Shown: positions 47,601 through 61,096, counted from the first letter of the stretch. The stretch: 64,000 nt of DNA from Psilocybe cubensis (GCA_017499595.2 CM038998.1:1054001-1118000); one strand, 5' to 3'. The notes: a model not told the origin generated them from the letters alone. Numbers and translations: made by a program.

Positions 47601-49480
47601 TCAGAAAGCGCAGCAAGAATCTGCAAACTCGATACATGAGCTCCAAGAGAAACTCAGTGCAGCCGAACAACAACTATCTCATACACAACAATTGCACGAG
47701 CAACTTCAGACAGTTCAATCTGGCAATGAGCACGAACTTTCTGAGCTTAAAGCTCAATTACTTGCAGCCGAACAACGTGAGAAGGAGGCATTCATCTCGC
47801 GGGATGCTCTCCAAGTCGAGAAAGACCGGCTTCTTGCTGATATTGATCATCTGCAACAGGAGCAGAGCGCTCTCCTTACTGCTCAAAGCGATAAGCTAGC
47901 TGCCCAACAGGATCTTGAACGAAAGGTTCATTCGTTACAAGGGAGATTCGAAGAGGAGACGCGGCTTTTGGAAATTTCTAAGGAAGAAGCCGCCCGTTTG
48001 GAACATCGTCTCCAAAAGGAAGTTAACGCTCGATCCCAAGATCACAAATCGCACGCATCAGCGTTAGCATCTGCCAATGAACAATACGCACAAGCCGAGG
48101 AAATTATCGCCGGGTTGCGACTCGAGTTGTCTGCACTTCAAAAGGAACTCCAAGTTGCTCAGACTAACTTTGCTAGCTCTGAAGAAGAGAAGACAACGTT
48201 GCAGCAGGAAATCACCAGTATGGAGGCAGAAATTCAGAAATCAAAATCTCTCAGTCGATACCTCGAATCTCAAGTTAAGGAAAGGTAAGCAATTTTCGGA
48301 CATGACGTGGTCATGTTTCTCATTCTGCCTAACTATAGCGAACACCTTGTTTCTACCTTGAAAGGCGATATCGAACGACTACAATCTGACCTCGCCCGTT
48401 CCGAAAAGGCGTGCAAAGCCGCAGAAGTCAATCTTAGTTTGCAAAATGCGCAGCACAAACGCGAGACTACCGAGTTCCAGCGTGAATTGTCTGCACTGCG
48501 GTCACGGCCCAATCTTGAACTTGCGCTCAGCGAGCTGGAAGAACGCAATACCGAAATGGAAGAGTTACTGCGTGCTAAATGTACTGAAATTGAAGAAAAC
48601 GATGACCGAGTTCTTGAGTGAGTGGTTTCCGAAGTCATGTGGCAACATACCTTGACCATTTTTTCGCAGGATGTTGAAAGAAAAGAAGAAACTTTCTGCA
48701 AAGGTAGAAACCCTGAATCGTAAAGTGCAGAATCTGCAAGCCAAGCTAGCTGCCGCCAAAGCCTCAGTATCTGCTCCCCCTGAATTACACATAGGGACTA
48801 CTCCCCCAATTTCATCGCGCGCATCTACATCCGCTGCCGAAACGCCTCAGCATGCTCCTGCAGTTATATCACGGCCTCGTTCAGCTACAGTGACTGCAAC
48901 ACCCTCATCCTCAGTGAGAACCCCACAGGAGGTTGCTTCTGAATCTAGACGCAAATCGCTCACGCGAAATACTTCGGGTCCATCGTCTTTGCCCAGGCCT
49001 AAAACTCCAGAAAGAAGCAGGGCAATCGCCCCGGTGTTCAAGGCTCGTACACCAGAAAGGCGTATCGCACCTGAGGCCGATGATTTGCACTCAGAGGTTG
49101 TAATTGGCAAGAAACGGGCAGCACCTGACGATTTCGAAGCTTGCGAAAATATGCCCGCACAGGCTTTCACACCAGATGGCGAAGACGTGGAAAATAAAAC
49201 GCCTAGGGTGCGCAGAGTATTGAACAGTCTGCAATCTGGATTCACTCCTGTCCGACATCAGAGGCCGACTGTGCCTATGCCGTCCCCTCGACGCGCTGCT
49301 CCCGCTCGAACTCCCCCTACTTTCATTGCTGACCTGACGAACACTCCACATATGCAGCCAATGCCTTCCTCCGCAAAACCTTCTGGAAGCAAGAGGAGTT
49401 GGCTGGGAAAGATTAGGGGTTCTTCTCAGGATAAGCCTTCCAGTGCCAAGTCTATATTCGAAAGAGGGGAAGTTTCTTGA
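44602..49480 (+). CDS. Large coiled-coil protein (~1500 aa) with disordered S/T-P-rich basic C-terminal tail, multi-exon; function unknown
   Basis: In-phase exon ORFs 44896-45768, 45829-48288, 48307-48621 and 48671-49480, rich in E/L/Q/K heptads, with GT-AG introns between them. ATG 44602 gives MSTWNLGIGDVSEE. Confidence 0.85.
46951..47097 (+). repeat. Seven tandem 21-nt/7-aa heptad units inside the coiled-coil gene
   Basis: MEGKKVL LEGQIAA LKEQQAV LEGAKVA LEDQKAA LENQKTA LEGQDAD. Confidence 0.75.
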
Positions 49481-49935
49481 GGTGCCACAAGTCAATCCTA
49501 TTCCTTTTGTTGTCTGGTATTCGTTGTCCTAGGGCGCATTTCTTGTCTTTCTTCACAGTACATCTATGGCATTATGTAGCTTTTACACGTATCACATGTT
49601 GTACCTTGTATTTCTAGTCAGACTCCTTGATTTCATCTTTTTGTATGATTCAGCGCGATGTTACCATACGGCCCTAAAGAGAGCCGATAGGTATGCAGCA
49701 GCGGGGAGCGCTTGGAAATTTGCCTGAGTAGCATGCGTAGGAGTATAGTTTCCTGGACTGGCCTCCTCCGACTGCCTCCCTTACACTTGCTCCTCCCCAT
49801 CTTTGATTGAAACTGTTTACTATAATATTACATATGCAATCCACTAGCCATCATGGAATGTGGTCATGGCAATTGCCATATGTGACGATATCGGACATTG
49901 TTTAAACGATCGGAACTCCTTACATCTATGCCATT

Positions 49936-52900
49936 ATGTTCTCAAAACAATCAGAACTTGTCCTCCCTGATCTATCTCCAGACTTACGAGACGAGTTTGA
50001 CTGGAAGGTGGGCTCACTGAGATCCTTCGACTTCCCTCTGAACATTACGTCGCTCGCAATCGAACCTGTAAACGGTCTTCTGGGAATCGGTACGTAATTT
50101 GTACACTTCAAGGCGAATGAGTGCCAATTCACCTACCATAGGAACTAGCAGTGGCGATGTACATATCTTTGGTCGTCCAGGTGTCGAATCCATATTACAT
50201 TTACCGCAGCCTGTCGATGTTCGCTTCCTCCAATTCTCGGTCTCGACATCCAATATTGTCTGCCTTGGTAAGAGTTCAGTAATTTTTGACATCTATAAAG
50301 GCACTAATTTCTTCAGATGGTAATAATCAACTTCATGTTTATAGTCTTGCGGAGTATGGAAGACCGAAACATGTCTCTTCTTCAAGATTTGACCAAACGA
50401 AGTGCGTTAGTTTCTCGTGATGAAAGCCAGAAACCTAACTCATGTGTACATGTCAGTTCCATCACACTCTCTCCTTCACATACCCATGTTTGTGGTTTAT
50501 CTACAACACCCAATGTTGGGTTGACCTCCGAGACCTGTTAGGTTTTCCTCGCATCCCAAAGTGGAGAGATCAAAACATACGATTTGACGTGCCTACGCAA
50601 ATCGCCGTACACCACACCCAATCTCTGGAAGTTATACGAAGAGAAATTGGCCGCCAGTGGTATGCCATCGTTGGCACCCAATTTTCCGTATGTTGGTCTC
50701 ACCTCGCGCTGCTTTAAATTGAGCCCTATGATCGCATGTCAGCGTCAATGCAGTTGAGATCGTGATTCACCCCAGAAATTTAGACCTTTTGTTTGTGGCA
50801 TATTCAGGTATGTGCGATGTATCGTTGCGCTCGTGTCTGTGTCTCAAATCCTTTCAGGTGGGGTAGTACTAACTGACCTCGTGAGCCATTCCTTCAGCTT
50901 TCTTAGCTTCTAGGCATTCATTCCGTATACATAGACTGAACGAAATACAATCCGTGTCTATGAACTAACTCTGTCCCCTGGTGCTCCGGGTGGCTCTGGA
51001 TATGCCGTGGATGTGGGTCCATTCCAGCAACCCAAAGCTTATTTACTCAACCCTCAGTCTCAATAGGATATCCTCACTCATCGAAGAATCATGGTGACTT
51101 GTCTAGCCATCCACCCCTCTGGACATATGTTGGCTGTCGGCTACGCAGATGGGTCTATTGCTTTCTGGGCTGTAGAAGATGACAACAAACCAATTCTAGT
51201 CCGCACTTTGGACACAATCGACGTCAACGTGATCCAAGCCGACCTGTTAGAGAAACATCTCTCAAATTCCGGTCAATCCAAGCATCCATCATCGTTACCA
51301 GAACCAATATTCAAACTTTCATGGAGTAGTTTCGAGAATTCATCGGACCCGCGTGGTGGTGAAACAGTCCTCACCGTGCTCGGTGGACTTGATTCTGATA
51401 AACCTCCTGGTCTTACGACCTTGCTCTTGCCGGCGTTTAACCCTCCGGAACCGCCTTCCGACTCTCCCGTACCTGGACAAGATACTCTTCATCCTTTCTT
51501 CCGTGATGCTATGCACCAATCGTTGACGCCGAAAAAGTCTTTCTATTACGAAACAAAAGGTGTTATTCAGGATTACTTGTTGTTACCAAGGGCTAGTCCC
51601 CACTTTGGAGGAAGTTATGACCCCTATGGGATTTTGCTTATTTCGGAATCAAATGAGATGCGGACTGTAGAAGGGTATCAATTTCCTCCTCCGGGCTTCA
51701 TCACGACCGCCGCTACATCGTCTAAAGTTGTAAAAAATATATCAACAGATGAAGGAACCCTTAGTCCCCCTTCTCCGACACCTTTGCCGGTATCCCCAAG
51801 TCATGTCAACCATACCCCTTTACCCATGACATTGCCTACTGCATTGCTGGCTGGCCATGCTGGTATTCTTGGCGGACAGTTGATAAAACTGCCTAATGAC
51901 ATCTACGACAATTTCATTAGCCACAAAACAATTTTTGACATTCGACTTAATTTGCAAGGCGGCCAAGCGCAACCCGACCCCGCGAAGGCAAATGAACTGA
52001 AACTCTCCAAATATCAGCCGCGCAGAGTCTTGATGAGCTATAACAAAGACTTGAGCATTCGGTTTTTTGATTTCAGCACACAGCTATTGATTCCTTCGGC
52101 TGCCTCTGATCACCTAGAAAACGATTGGCCAGAACCTATTCCTGGCTTGACCATTCAACTCTATGAGATACTCGAAGACCCCGGTATCGCTCAGATCTTT
52201 GGCAATGCTCTTCCTTCTCTCTCTATTCAGTCTGTTCTCATTGCGTCAGAAGCGCTGGAACTGGCCATTCTGATGAAAAGCGGAGAAGTCATTGTTTACA
52301 ATTCGTCTTCACATAGATCTATGGTACGATCATTAAATCAAACAACGGATCCTCAAATTGTCATGTTGGATCATTTATGTCCTCGTCCTGGGTGCAGGCT
52401 TGCACCTTACTTTATGTTCGTTCCTAGGAAAGGACCTGTGGAGGCTTGCGCTCTTGCTGACACTGGTAAGTATCATTTCGACACGATATCGAATTTTTGG
52501 GATACATCTTTCTTCTTCTTCAGGTTTCTTAGCAATGTCTTACAAGGATGGATCATTGTTCGCAATTGATATGCGTGGACCTACTGTGATTCTTGCACGA
52601 GGGACAGACAAAAGACAAAAACGCACTTCCGCTTTGAGTTCTGGACATTTGGTTTCTCCTCTTGGCCATGGCTCAGGACTCGACGTTGTCATGTCACTGA
52701 CATGGGCCGTTGCTCACCTAGAGAAAGGTAAAGGATTTTTTTTAGGCCGTACGTGTACCGAACTTTCTGACTGTACGCTTCAAAGACCCAAGTCTTGGTG
52801 TGAGACTTATAGCTGGACATCAATCAGGTCATGCGGAGGTGTACACTCTAGTTCATTCCGGCAACCATTCATCGTGGAGTATCGCTGGGGAGCCCATGGT

Positions 52901-54116
52901 AGCCAAAGTTATGCCTGATCCTATCACTGGTGGCACATTTGTTCTTGATAGCAAATCGGGCGCACAGTGTAAAGTTGATCGTACCCGGCTTGGTGCTGCT
53001 ATGAAAGGAACCAACAGCTCTAGGGATTCACATTGCATCTTGGTGTCGGTGGGCGTTAAGGGTGCCCGTACCACTGTCGACATTACGGGAGCAAAGGTAG
53101 GGAAAGTGGATTGGGGAAATAAGCATGGCTCTGTACAGGATGCACGTATAGTGGAGCATGCTGGTCTGTTCTAGAGCCTACTTGGACTTTTGAGATGACT
53201 AAACCCTTACGCAGATTCGCGCACTCTCGTCATTCAAACAGATCGGCACATGGCGGTAATATATTCACTACCTCATCTAGAACATGTTCATACGGTTCAA
53301 CTTCCCGTCATTACTTCGTTGTGTGTACTTTCGGAAGGCATCTCCTATCTTTATTTCTGAACCTGCCTGCAGGCCACTCTCCATTGATGAAAGTGGAGAT
53401 TTCATCGCCTGGACTCTAGCAGCTCAAGCTCGATCAGCTGGTGTAATGCAATCGGCAACATATGGTACATTTTTCGACGTTCGACGCGCCTATACGTTGC
53501 CAGTTATCGATTTTATGATTGGCCGAGGCACTATTCCACCTCAACCGCAACCTGTACCTCTAGGGCCTACGTCAATTCTAGGCTCGTGGTTTACATATAA
53601 CCAGACTAAAACTGGTCAACAGATAGACGAATTACGTGGGTGATAATGAACACTGACCATGCCTTCATGGTAATTTTTAACGTGTTGCTGACAACATGTC
53701 TCCTTAGTGGGTGGACCCAGTAGACCAATTCCAGTCAAACCTAGTCCTGCATCCACTTCCAAGGACACTCCAGCAGAAGGATCTTCTAGTCCTGGTTCAG
53801 GAATCATTGCCGGGGCAGCTGCAGTTCAGGCAAACCTTTACAATAGATTTGCCGCCGCGATGAATGAAAGAGGGTATGTTCAGTTTCCATAATCTACTTT
53901 CCATAATTAAAGACATGATTCACTACTCTGCAGACAACTGTTGGGAGATCTGAACGAACGATTTAATTCTCTGGAAGAGGGTAGTAGAAATATGGTGGCA
54001 CAGGTGCGCGTTCGAAACTTTGGCAATAGCCTGTCAGACTGTCTGTTGACGAAACGTGCAATCAGGCTAAAAGTCTTGCTGCCAAACAGACTGCCAAATC
54101 GTGGTTTGGTTTATAG
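49936..54116 (+). CDS. SRO7: Lethal giant larvae/Sro7/tomosyn-like WD40 exocytosis regulator with C-terminal R-SNARE-like motif, multi-exon
   Basis: Motifs ITSLAIEPVNGLLGIG..GDVHIFGRPGVE, GEIKTYDL and VTCLAIHPSGHMLAVGYADGSIAFW. C-terminus is AMNERGQLLGDLNERFNSLEEGSRNM..KQTAKSWFGL*. Confidence 0.88.
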
Positions 54117-54261
54117 AATTTGTTGACGGTCTCAAACACTTTTAAGACTACATTGCAGATTAGATTTCCATAAAGTTTAATCTACTGAAAACATAGTGGA
54201 ACAAATGGATTATGGATGCTTCGAGGGCTACTTTACACAGCTCGAAATTGGCAGCGCAATA

Positions 54262-54993
54262 TCAGTTCTTGCCTTTTGACCCGCCCCCCACAAATACGTC
54301 GGTGAGGCCTGCTGTTAGCTTCTTCCGTTGCTCGTTGATCATCCCGAGGAATCCATCTTCTCCTGTCGTTGTCTTCTGATGGTTCCATTCCTCATTGTGA
54401 CTGATCACTTTGTTGAAATTGTCAAGTTTGAGTGTCAGAAGAGAATTAACCACTTTAGTAGGAGAGGTTGATTTTGCATCCCGATAGTATGCAACGTCTT
54501 GGTCAATGAGAATGGTGTTTGAGGGTAAGGTGGGTGGAGTTTCCAGGATTCGGAATTTGGGAATGTCTGCTCGAGGAAAAATCTGAACCATAGGAATGAG
54601 CGCTGGAATACAAACTGGATGAATGGTAGCTAACCTTCGCAAGACCGAAAAATTGGGAACGGACCGAGTCAATTCCTTTCGCTATACCTACAGGGTCATG
54701 AAACACTGCCTCGCGCGCGTATATGTTGAAAGTATTCTATCATCGAGGTCAATATATAAACTTGGATCTGGGTATATCTTTACACTTGTAGGTTTGCAAG
54801 AATATAGCTGGTGAGCAGAACCATGCAAAGATCAGCGAAAACCATCACTGGAACAGTCGAAATGCAGACGTACCTCCTTTATGGCGGCGATGATAGGGCC
54901 TTCTTGAGGGAGCATTTTACGCTCGCTGAGAGCTTTAGTTTGGTCTGGCTTCAAGCCTGCAGAATTGAGTGACGAATCGACCTTCGAGGACAT
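54262..54993 (-). CDS. Conserved fungal SnoaL/NTF2-like fold protein, multi-exon
   Basis: MSSKVDSS..IIAAIKELYSCKP..AVFHDPVGIAKGIDSVRSQFFGLAK IFPRADIPKFRIL..ILIDQDVAYY..VNSLLTLKLD..VISHNEEWNH; GT-AG introns. Confidence 0.75.
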
Positions 54994-56222
54994 TCTAACT
55001 TTTGTGGTTTTACTGATGTTGAGACTTTGGAAAATAGATCGAGGTAGTGTTCTCTGCATGAGGGGGAAATAGTTTTATAGACTTGAATCGAAAACCTCCT
55101 AGCATTACTCTTGGAGACTGAGATTGTCATATCGTGCGTCATGCAAGACAAGACAAGGCAAAGATCGAGGAACGCCGATCGAGCATTATGTTGGAGGACG
55201 GGCAGAATTAGCAAACATAAAAATATCCGGAGTAGTGTGAAGAAATTCGTTTATAGGTAAGCAAGAGCGAAACCTTTCACATTGGTCGGAGAAAACTCAG
55301 TGCCCATTATCCAATGGTCATTGGCAACACTGTAATTGTCGCCGGACAGATTCTAATATGGGTTCTGTTGTGAACTTGTGAACAAATATCACAAACGAAA
55401 AGTTAGAAATTTAGAATAGGAGCATCGGGCTATATGAGCTCACAAGTAACTTCGAACCAATTACTTGCGAATTACGGACACAAATATTCCAAGCATATTG
55501 GGAATTTGATAGTATTAAGCCGGTGCAAAAACAGGTCTCGGATTGGCATGTCCGCGACAAAGTTGAAAAACATGCCAATGATGAATGGTTAAGGACTTGA
55601 AGGACAGTTCTCATCAAGGGTGCCCAAGAAATTTGGCAATATGAATCCCGACGTCAAAGAAATCGCGCAACAAAAGTACAACGCACGGGCCGTTTATTCG
55701 AATGTTATACCCAACTCAGATGCTAAAAAGAAGCGTAGGATTGATTTGTGTATACCAGGCATTAAGGGCCCATATGCTTGAATATTGTCCGTCGATATCG
55801 TTGGAATAGTTTCGGGGAGAGTTCAGCTGATCTGGGCGGTTCATCTAGAGAAATTATATAAGGCTGTCGCGTCGAAGCAGCATTGTCCACGATCCCCGCT
55901 TCCCAATGACTGTTGACAGATTTGCAAGTCAATGCCTGCAACGGTGTTGTACCCACATGGTCGAAGGTAATTGGGCACGGGAAAAATGGTACATTATGTA
56001 TGGAATCCGTAAGAGCCACGAAATTTCTTTCAAGTTGTAGGTCGCAGTGTTGTCCGTAATGAATCAGAAAGACGGTACACTTGGACTCTGCGGCAAATGC
56101 CGAAAGCAGTCCAAGGGGGCAGGCACACGGCGGCACTGCGCTTACTACGCTGCCCTCACTGTTCACCACCACTACCACCTTAGCCAATTCGTAATTCTCT
56201 TTCCATTAATATCATTTTTATA

Positions 56223-57189
56223 ATGTCAAGTTACGACCAGCTACACAGACAGTGCAGGACACTCGAGAATCTGTTCGATGCTAAACTCACATCATACTCA
56301 CAACTGGCGTCCAGCATTGCGCGACCGGGTCAGGATATTGAATCTTCGGGCTCTGGAGAACGATGGAGAGACTTGGAAATAGAGTTGGATGACCTATCAT
56401 CAAAGGTGCGCAACCCGTTCAATTCACGTTGACCTCTGTATGGCTGACACTCCCTTCAAACGCGTAGTTGGAAGAAATCAATGACCAATTGCGTGCATTG
56501 GCCAGTAATCCAGAACTCATGTCAGCCTCCATGCTTCGAACAATTCAGAGACACAGGGAACTCCAGCAGGACAACATGCGCGAGCTGAAACGAACGAAGG
56601 TGCAGAAATTCGCAACTAATGGAAATAACTGTGCTAACTTTGTTTCCTCAGACCAATGTTAAGCATGCACTCGACCAGGCCAATCTCCTTTCAGGCGTAC
56701 GGAATGATATTGAGTACAGTCTTCTCATGTTTAAGTCGAGATCGCCTCCCAACTTACAAACATTATTTTTATAGTTCGTATAAGTCATCGGCTGCGGACT
56801 CGTTGTTAGCAGAGAGGGGTCGGATTGACAGTTCGCATCGAATGACAGACGACGTGTTACAGTTCGTATCTTACTCTGAATGGAAAAATATACTCGGCTG
56901 AATCAATTCGTCCATTCTAATCACAGGCAAGCATACGAGACACGGTCAGAATTTGCGCGACAGAGAGCTTCATTGGCGGGAATCAACAACCGTATGCTTC
57001 AAGTTATTGGTGCGTTGTTATGTTTTTATTTTCTCCTTCCTCCGAGGCTGAGTTGCGCGTAAAGGCACCATGCCTGGGATTAACAACCTCATCGGTATGA
57101 TCAAATCGCGCCGACGGAGAGATTCAATCATCATGGGCCTGGTTATTGGAGTGTGTATCATCATTATCTTATCTTACGTTTGGAATTGA
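56223..57189 (+). CDS. GOS1: Golgi SNARE Gos1 (Qb-SNARE), multi-exon
   Basis: MSSYDQLHRQCRTLENLFDAKLTSYSQ, IQRHREL, LLAERGRIDSSHRMTDDVL and QAYETRSEFARQR, then MPGINNLIGMIKSRRRRDSIIMGLVIGVCIIIILSYVWN* with a C-terminal TM anchor. Confidence 0.93.
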
Positions 57190-57404
57190 GAAGGAGCATT
57201 TCTACACTTCCATTTTATTCAAATCTGGTTACCGCTGAGTGTGGATGCAAGAGGTTTGTTTCCGGGAGCGTTGTCTTTTGATGCAGTGTCGTCGGACAAA
57301 GGAAAATTCTACTAATCAAATACAAGAGTCAGTAGGCCTTGAGCAACATGAAGAAATACCGTCATTTTAAACAATTGGTTGTAATGTTGACTTACCAGCT
57401 TGCT

Positions 57405-58842
57405 TCACTTCTCTTCCCCAGTATCCGAATCTTCAGTGTCATAATTTTTCATCTTGGGTTTCTTCTTAGGCGGTAGTGGGTGATGGCCATTTTTGAAGCG
57501 AAACCAATTCTTTTCCAATCTGCGTACGACGCCCCAATCGTTTTCTTCGATTTCATTTTCGTCGATCCAATTTTCTTCAACAGGCCAACCTTTTACCTCA
57601 CCAATGATTTTAATGATATCCCAAGTTTGAGGTGTGCACATATCAATATCGTTGTAATCAGACTCAGCAAGAATCCGATTCGATGAGCACTGAGCTATCA
57701 GCGCCCGATGGTTAGCGTGCTTATGATTGATAACTGTCGACAACGACAAGAAAACGTTGACATGCTTTTTCTATTGAAAAGGGATGCTTTAGTACTTCCC
57801 AATTGTATTGCTTTATTTTTCGTGTTTCTCACCTCCAATTCACGCCACGTCTGTGGACTGAGCCCACAGCTGTGTAGGTCAACACTGATATTATTCCATT
57901 GGTTCCCAAATTTGGATCTCATCTTTGCCAAAAGATCGGTCGTCGCAAGCTGCGATTTCACGCTGTGAATGCTGATATTCCGGCCCAGCTCGACTGCCAG
58001 ATCCATCTGTGCCTCTAAGACAGTGAGTTGGTGCTCCAGCGGGATCGTGAACGACGTCAACACGCGTGGGGAGGCAAAGTAATCGATAGGCACGCGGAAT
58101 ATGCGGTCCAGTCCCACTTCGCCGAGCATCGCGTTGGGGAAATCGGACAGGTTCTTTCTCAGCTCAGCTATGATAGCTGACAATGGCCGAGGCTCAGGCA
58201 ATGCTGCAAGAAGTGTTTGGAATTGGGCTTCGAGGAGTGCACGTTTCTCCTGGTCGCCGTCGTTTTGAACACAGTCTTGATCACCATTCGAAGTTGTGGG
58301 CGCGGTATTGGGAAGGAAGAGATTGCGATAATGTTTCTCTTTGTTGGACGACGATGACGACGGTGATGCGCCCGTGCAAATCAGATGGGAAAACCATGGA
58401 TGGTATCCTATAAAATATTGATCGGAGAAAGGTTATCAGTTTTCAGCATTGATGACGTTGCTTGATTAGAGGCGGCAGTGAACAGGCCCCAACCGAAATC
58501 TTTCGGGCAACATCCCACCTCATTTTTTATTCATGTTTTCGAATTTAGTTCCAACCTCACCAGCCACACACATAGCCAAGAGGCGTGCTGTGAGATGATA
58601 CAGGCCTGGAATAATCACTAACCAAAACACGGAACGACCTTCTCGGGATACGACGAAGCCAGCTCCCTGACCTTGTGTTGATCGAACTGCATCGTCGACA
58701 TAGCACACACCGTGATGGAAAGATTCTGCATCGATGAAGCTCCGACTCCCGCTGGAGCATCCGTAGGGTGACAATGGACATCGACGATATGTTTGAGAAT
58801 CTCTGGACTGGGCAAATTCTGAGTTGGTGCCGGGTTTGACAT
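57405..58842 (-). CDS. TatD-family metallo-dependent hydrolase (Cut9-interacting Scn1-like), multi-exon
   Basis: Motifs IVDVHCHPTD, VVPCFGYHPWF, MLGEVGLDRIFR, LEAQMDLAVELGRNISIHSVK, VDLHSCG and RILAESD. Confidence 0.88.
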
Positions 58843-59526
58843 TTTGTGTTATCTCCAATATATTCCAGAACAATCGTACAATCGGTGTGTCGGCCTCTGT
58901 GCGACTTCAATCTTAAGAGCGGTTTAAGCAGGCGGATCCGACAGAAATATCTGCACCTGTTGGTCGTACACTAACAACGAAGGTTAGATCAAGATATATG
59001 TTCTGCGGTGCCAAAATTAAAGGCCAAGAAATCAAGCTCGAAGCGATTGGGGCACTGGAAAAAAGGTAATGAATTGCCTCGAGGCAAGAAAGCATATGGA
59101 TATTGGCATCGAACCGGTTTCTCGTTGGTTGCTGATGAACAGATACAAGTTACCAGCGTGTTGGCACAGTACCAGTGGCTGTGATTTACCCAAAATAACT
59201 AGCGGCCGCACTGATGGGGGAATCCTAAGATTAGGATTCCTCATCGGGCTGGAATCCTAAGAATATTGAATCTCGTTACAGCAGACACGATTCGAGCAGG
59301 GGAGGTTGAATTAAAAGGTACAATTGTAAAATTAGGGCAACAGAGATATTTTAAATGGGTCATTCTTGTGTCTTCAACCATATGTTACATGACATAACAT
59401 ACCATGAAAAATCTTCTGAACTAAATTCCAGATGGCGAAGAAATTATGGTACACTAGAATCAGGATGAAAGGTAGACCAAAGAATTTACAAAATGAAGGC
59501 GAGACAAGGGGCCAATTGAAGGCCTT

Positions 59527-60900
59527 TTAGATATTTTCGAGATCGACTTCGTAGTATTTTCCCGAACAACGATCCGGATCCACATGTACATTCGATGACC
59601 AATGTTGCTGTGGCTTAGACGCCACTGCATGCATCAGAACGATTCGCCTCCTCTCACTATGAGCGGGCAGGCTTTCGATTTGTTTTTTAAAATCTAAAAT
59701 GCATTGCTTAGCAAGCGTGCGTCCGTTAAAGGAAGCAGCCTCTTGTCTCAGATAGTTGGTTGTATAATTTTCTAGGTTAATTATGTTGGTCGATATAGGT
59801 TGAGCTTGTTTTGATAATCAGTTTAGTGAAATTCTTGAAAGAGGGAAGATGTTGGAGAAAAGACTGAGTTTCGTTTCGTAACAGGATTCAATAACAATTT
59901 AAAGAGCCAAACAATGGAACTGACAGAATAGTTTGTATCCCAGACCTCGAAAACACGTAAATTTGGTGCAGCCTTCGTCAACCCTGTAAGGAAGGAATTA
60001 GGATAAAGAAGGTTTGATCAATATTTGAAACTGCAATCATCCACCTGCTATAATTTTTTCATCCCCAGAGAACCCTCGGATTTCTTCTATATTCTTGCAA
60101 AAACGCTTGATTGTGGACAAGAGTTTTGATCCATCGTCCTTACGCACCAGAGGGTGGTCAGGTTAGGGCAGCAGCGTAAGATATGTTGACAGTAGCCCTG
60201 TATCGCCAAAGTACGAATCTGCGGGAAAGTGACGCCGTCATGGAAGGTTTGATTCAGGAATTTTCCCAGTTGAGTGTGAGTATGCAGAAGATACAGGGTG
60301 TGAAGGTTTTCTAATGAATGGAGTAACGCCCGAAATTTGGGAATACTGGTTGCGGCTTTATAACGAGTGAGTACTATATTTGCTGTTCTGAAATGACGCA
60401 GATAAATTAGTTTCTAGTTACGGTAAATTTTGGCAAAAAACAACTGACCGAATGTGAGGGCGCAGATGAGGGCTAATAGCAAGACCATCGCAATTCCTGT
60501 CTAAGGCTTTCCCAATGTTTATATGAAATAGTGCAGATGCACCAATGACAATGCCACGAATATCCCAGCAGATATTGAGCTGTTCCCAAAGAGCTGGCAA
60601 ATATTCGCGTCGATATGCAACGCAGACCTGGGACAAAGCGCGGAGAGTACTGGTGCGTTCGCGATATTTGGCAGGGAGGACTGGATCACGCTGGGGAGTT
60701 TCGGTAAACACTGTGATCTTCAATAGGTTTCCAATGATTTCAGTTCGCAATTCGACCGGAAGCGACAATAAACCCTTCTCAGAGTTCGAGACATCCTCAC
60801 GGGTGCCTTCCCTTACAGGAGGATCAAAATCTTGACCAGTTTTTGGTACGGGTTCCAAAATGGTTTTATCAACTTTTTGCCTTTTGGTTTTGGGTGTCAT
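59527..60900 (-). pseudogene. Basidiomycete F-box-like/LRR-type hypothetical gene carrying two apparent frameshifts
   Basis: Exon 1 has LLSLPVELRTEII..TLRALSQVC. Exon 2 reads ..LENLHTLYLLH..FPQIRTL..HILRCCPNLTTLWCV, then shifts frame near 60140 to DDGSKLLSTIKRFCKNIEEIRGF. The last exon needs another shift near 59790-59820 to reach ..YYEVDLENI* at 59527. Confidence 0.6.
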
Positions 60901-61096
60901 GATACAGCGTTTAAGGAGTTCAAGAAAATGTGATTCCAACTTCAACGAGAAGAAATTTGACGCGCCGCCGAATTGTTAACATTAATTCCACGTGATCGTG
61001 GTATGACGTACCGTAACATTTGTTTGGCTACACCCTCCAGTAAGCACATAATCGATCAATTAATGACCAGAGGCGAGAGCAGTTTCACCCAAGTTC

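Noticed and set aside
49650..49800. GC-rich intergenic patch with short potential stems; considered as snoRNA, TPP riboswitch or RNase P/MRP RNA
   Set aside because: No complete C/D or H/ACA boxes, no TPP aptamer core, no RNase P/MRP conserved regions; pairing is only ~6 bp.
49936..57189. Proximity of SRO7-like and GOS1 genes as a vesicle-trafficking cluster
   Set aside because: Two housekeeping genes acting at different trafficking steps; adjacency is plausibly chance.
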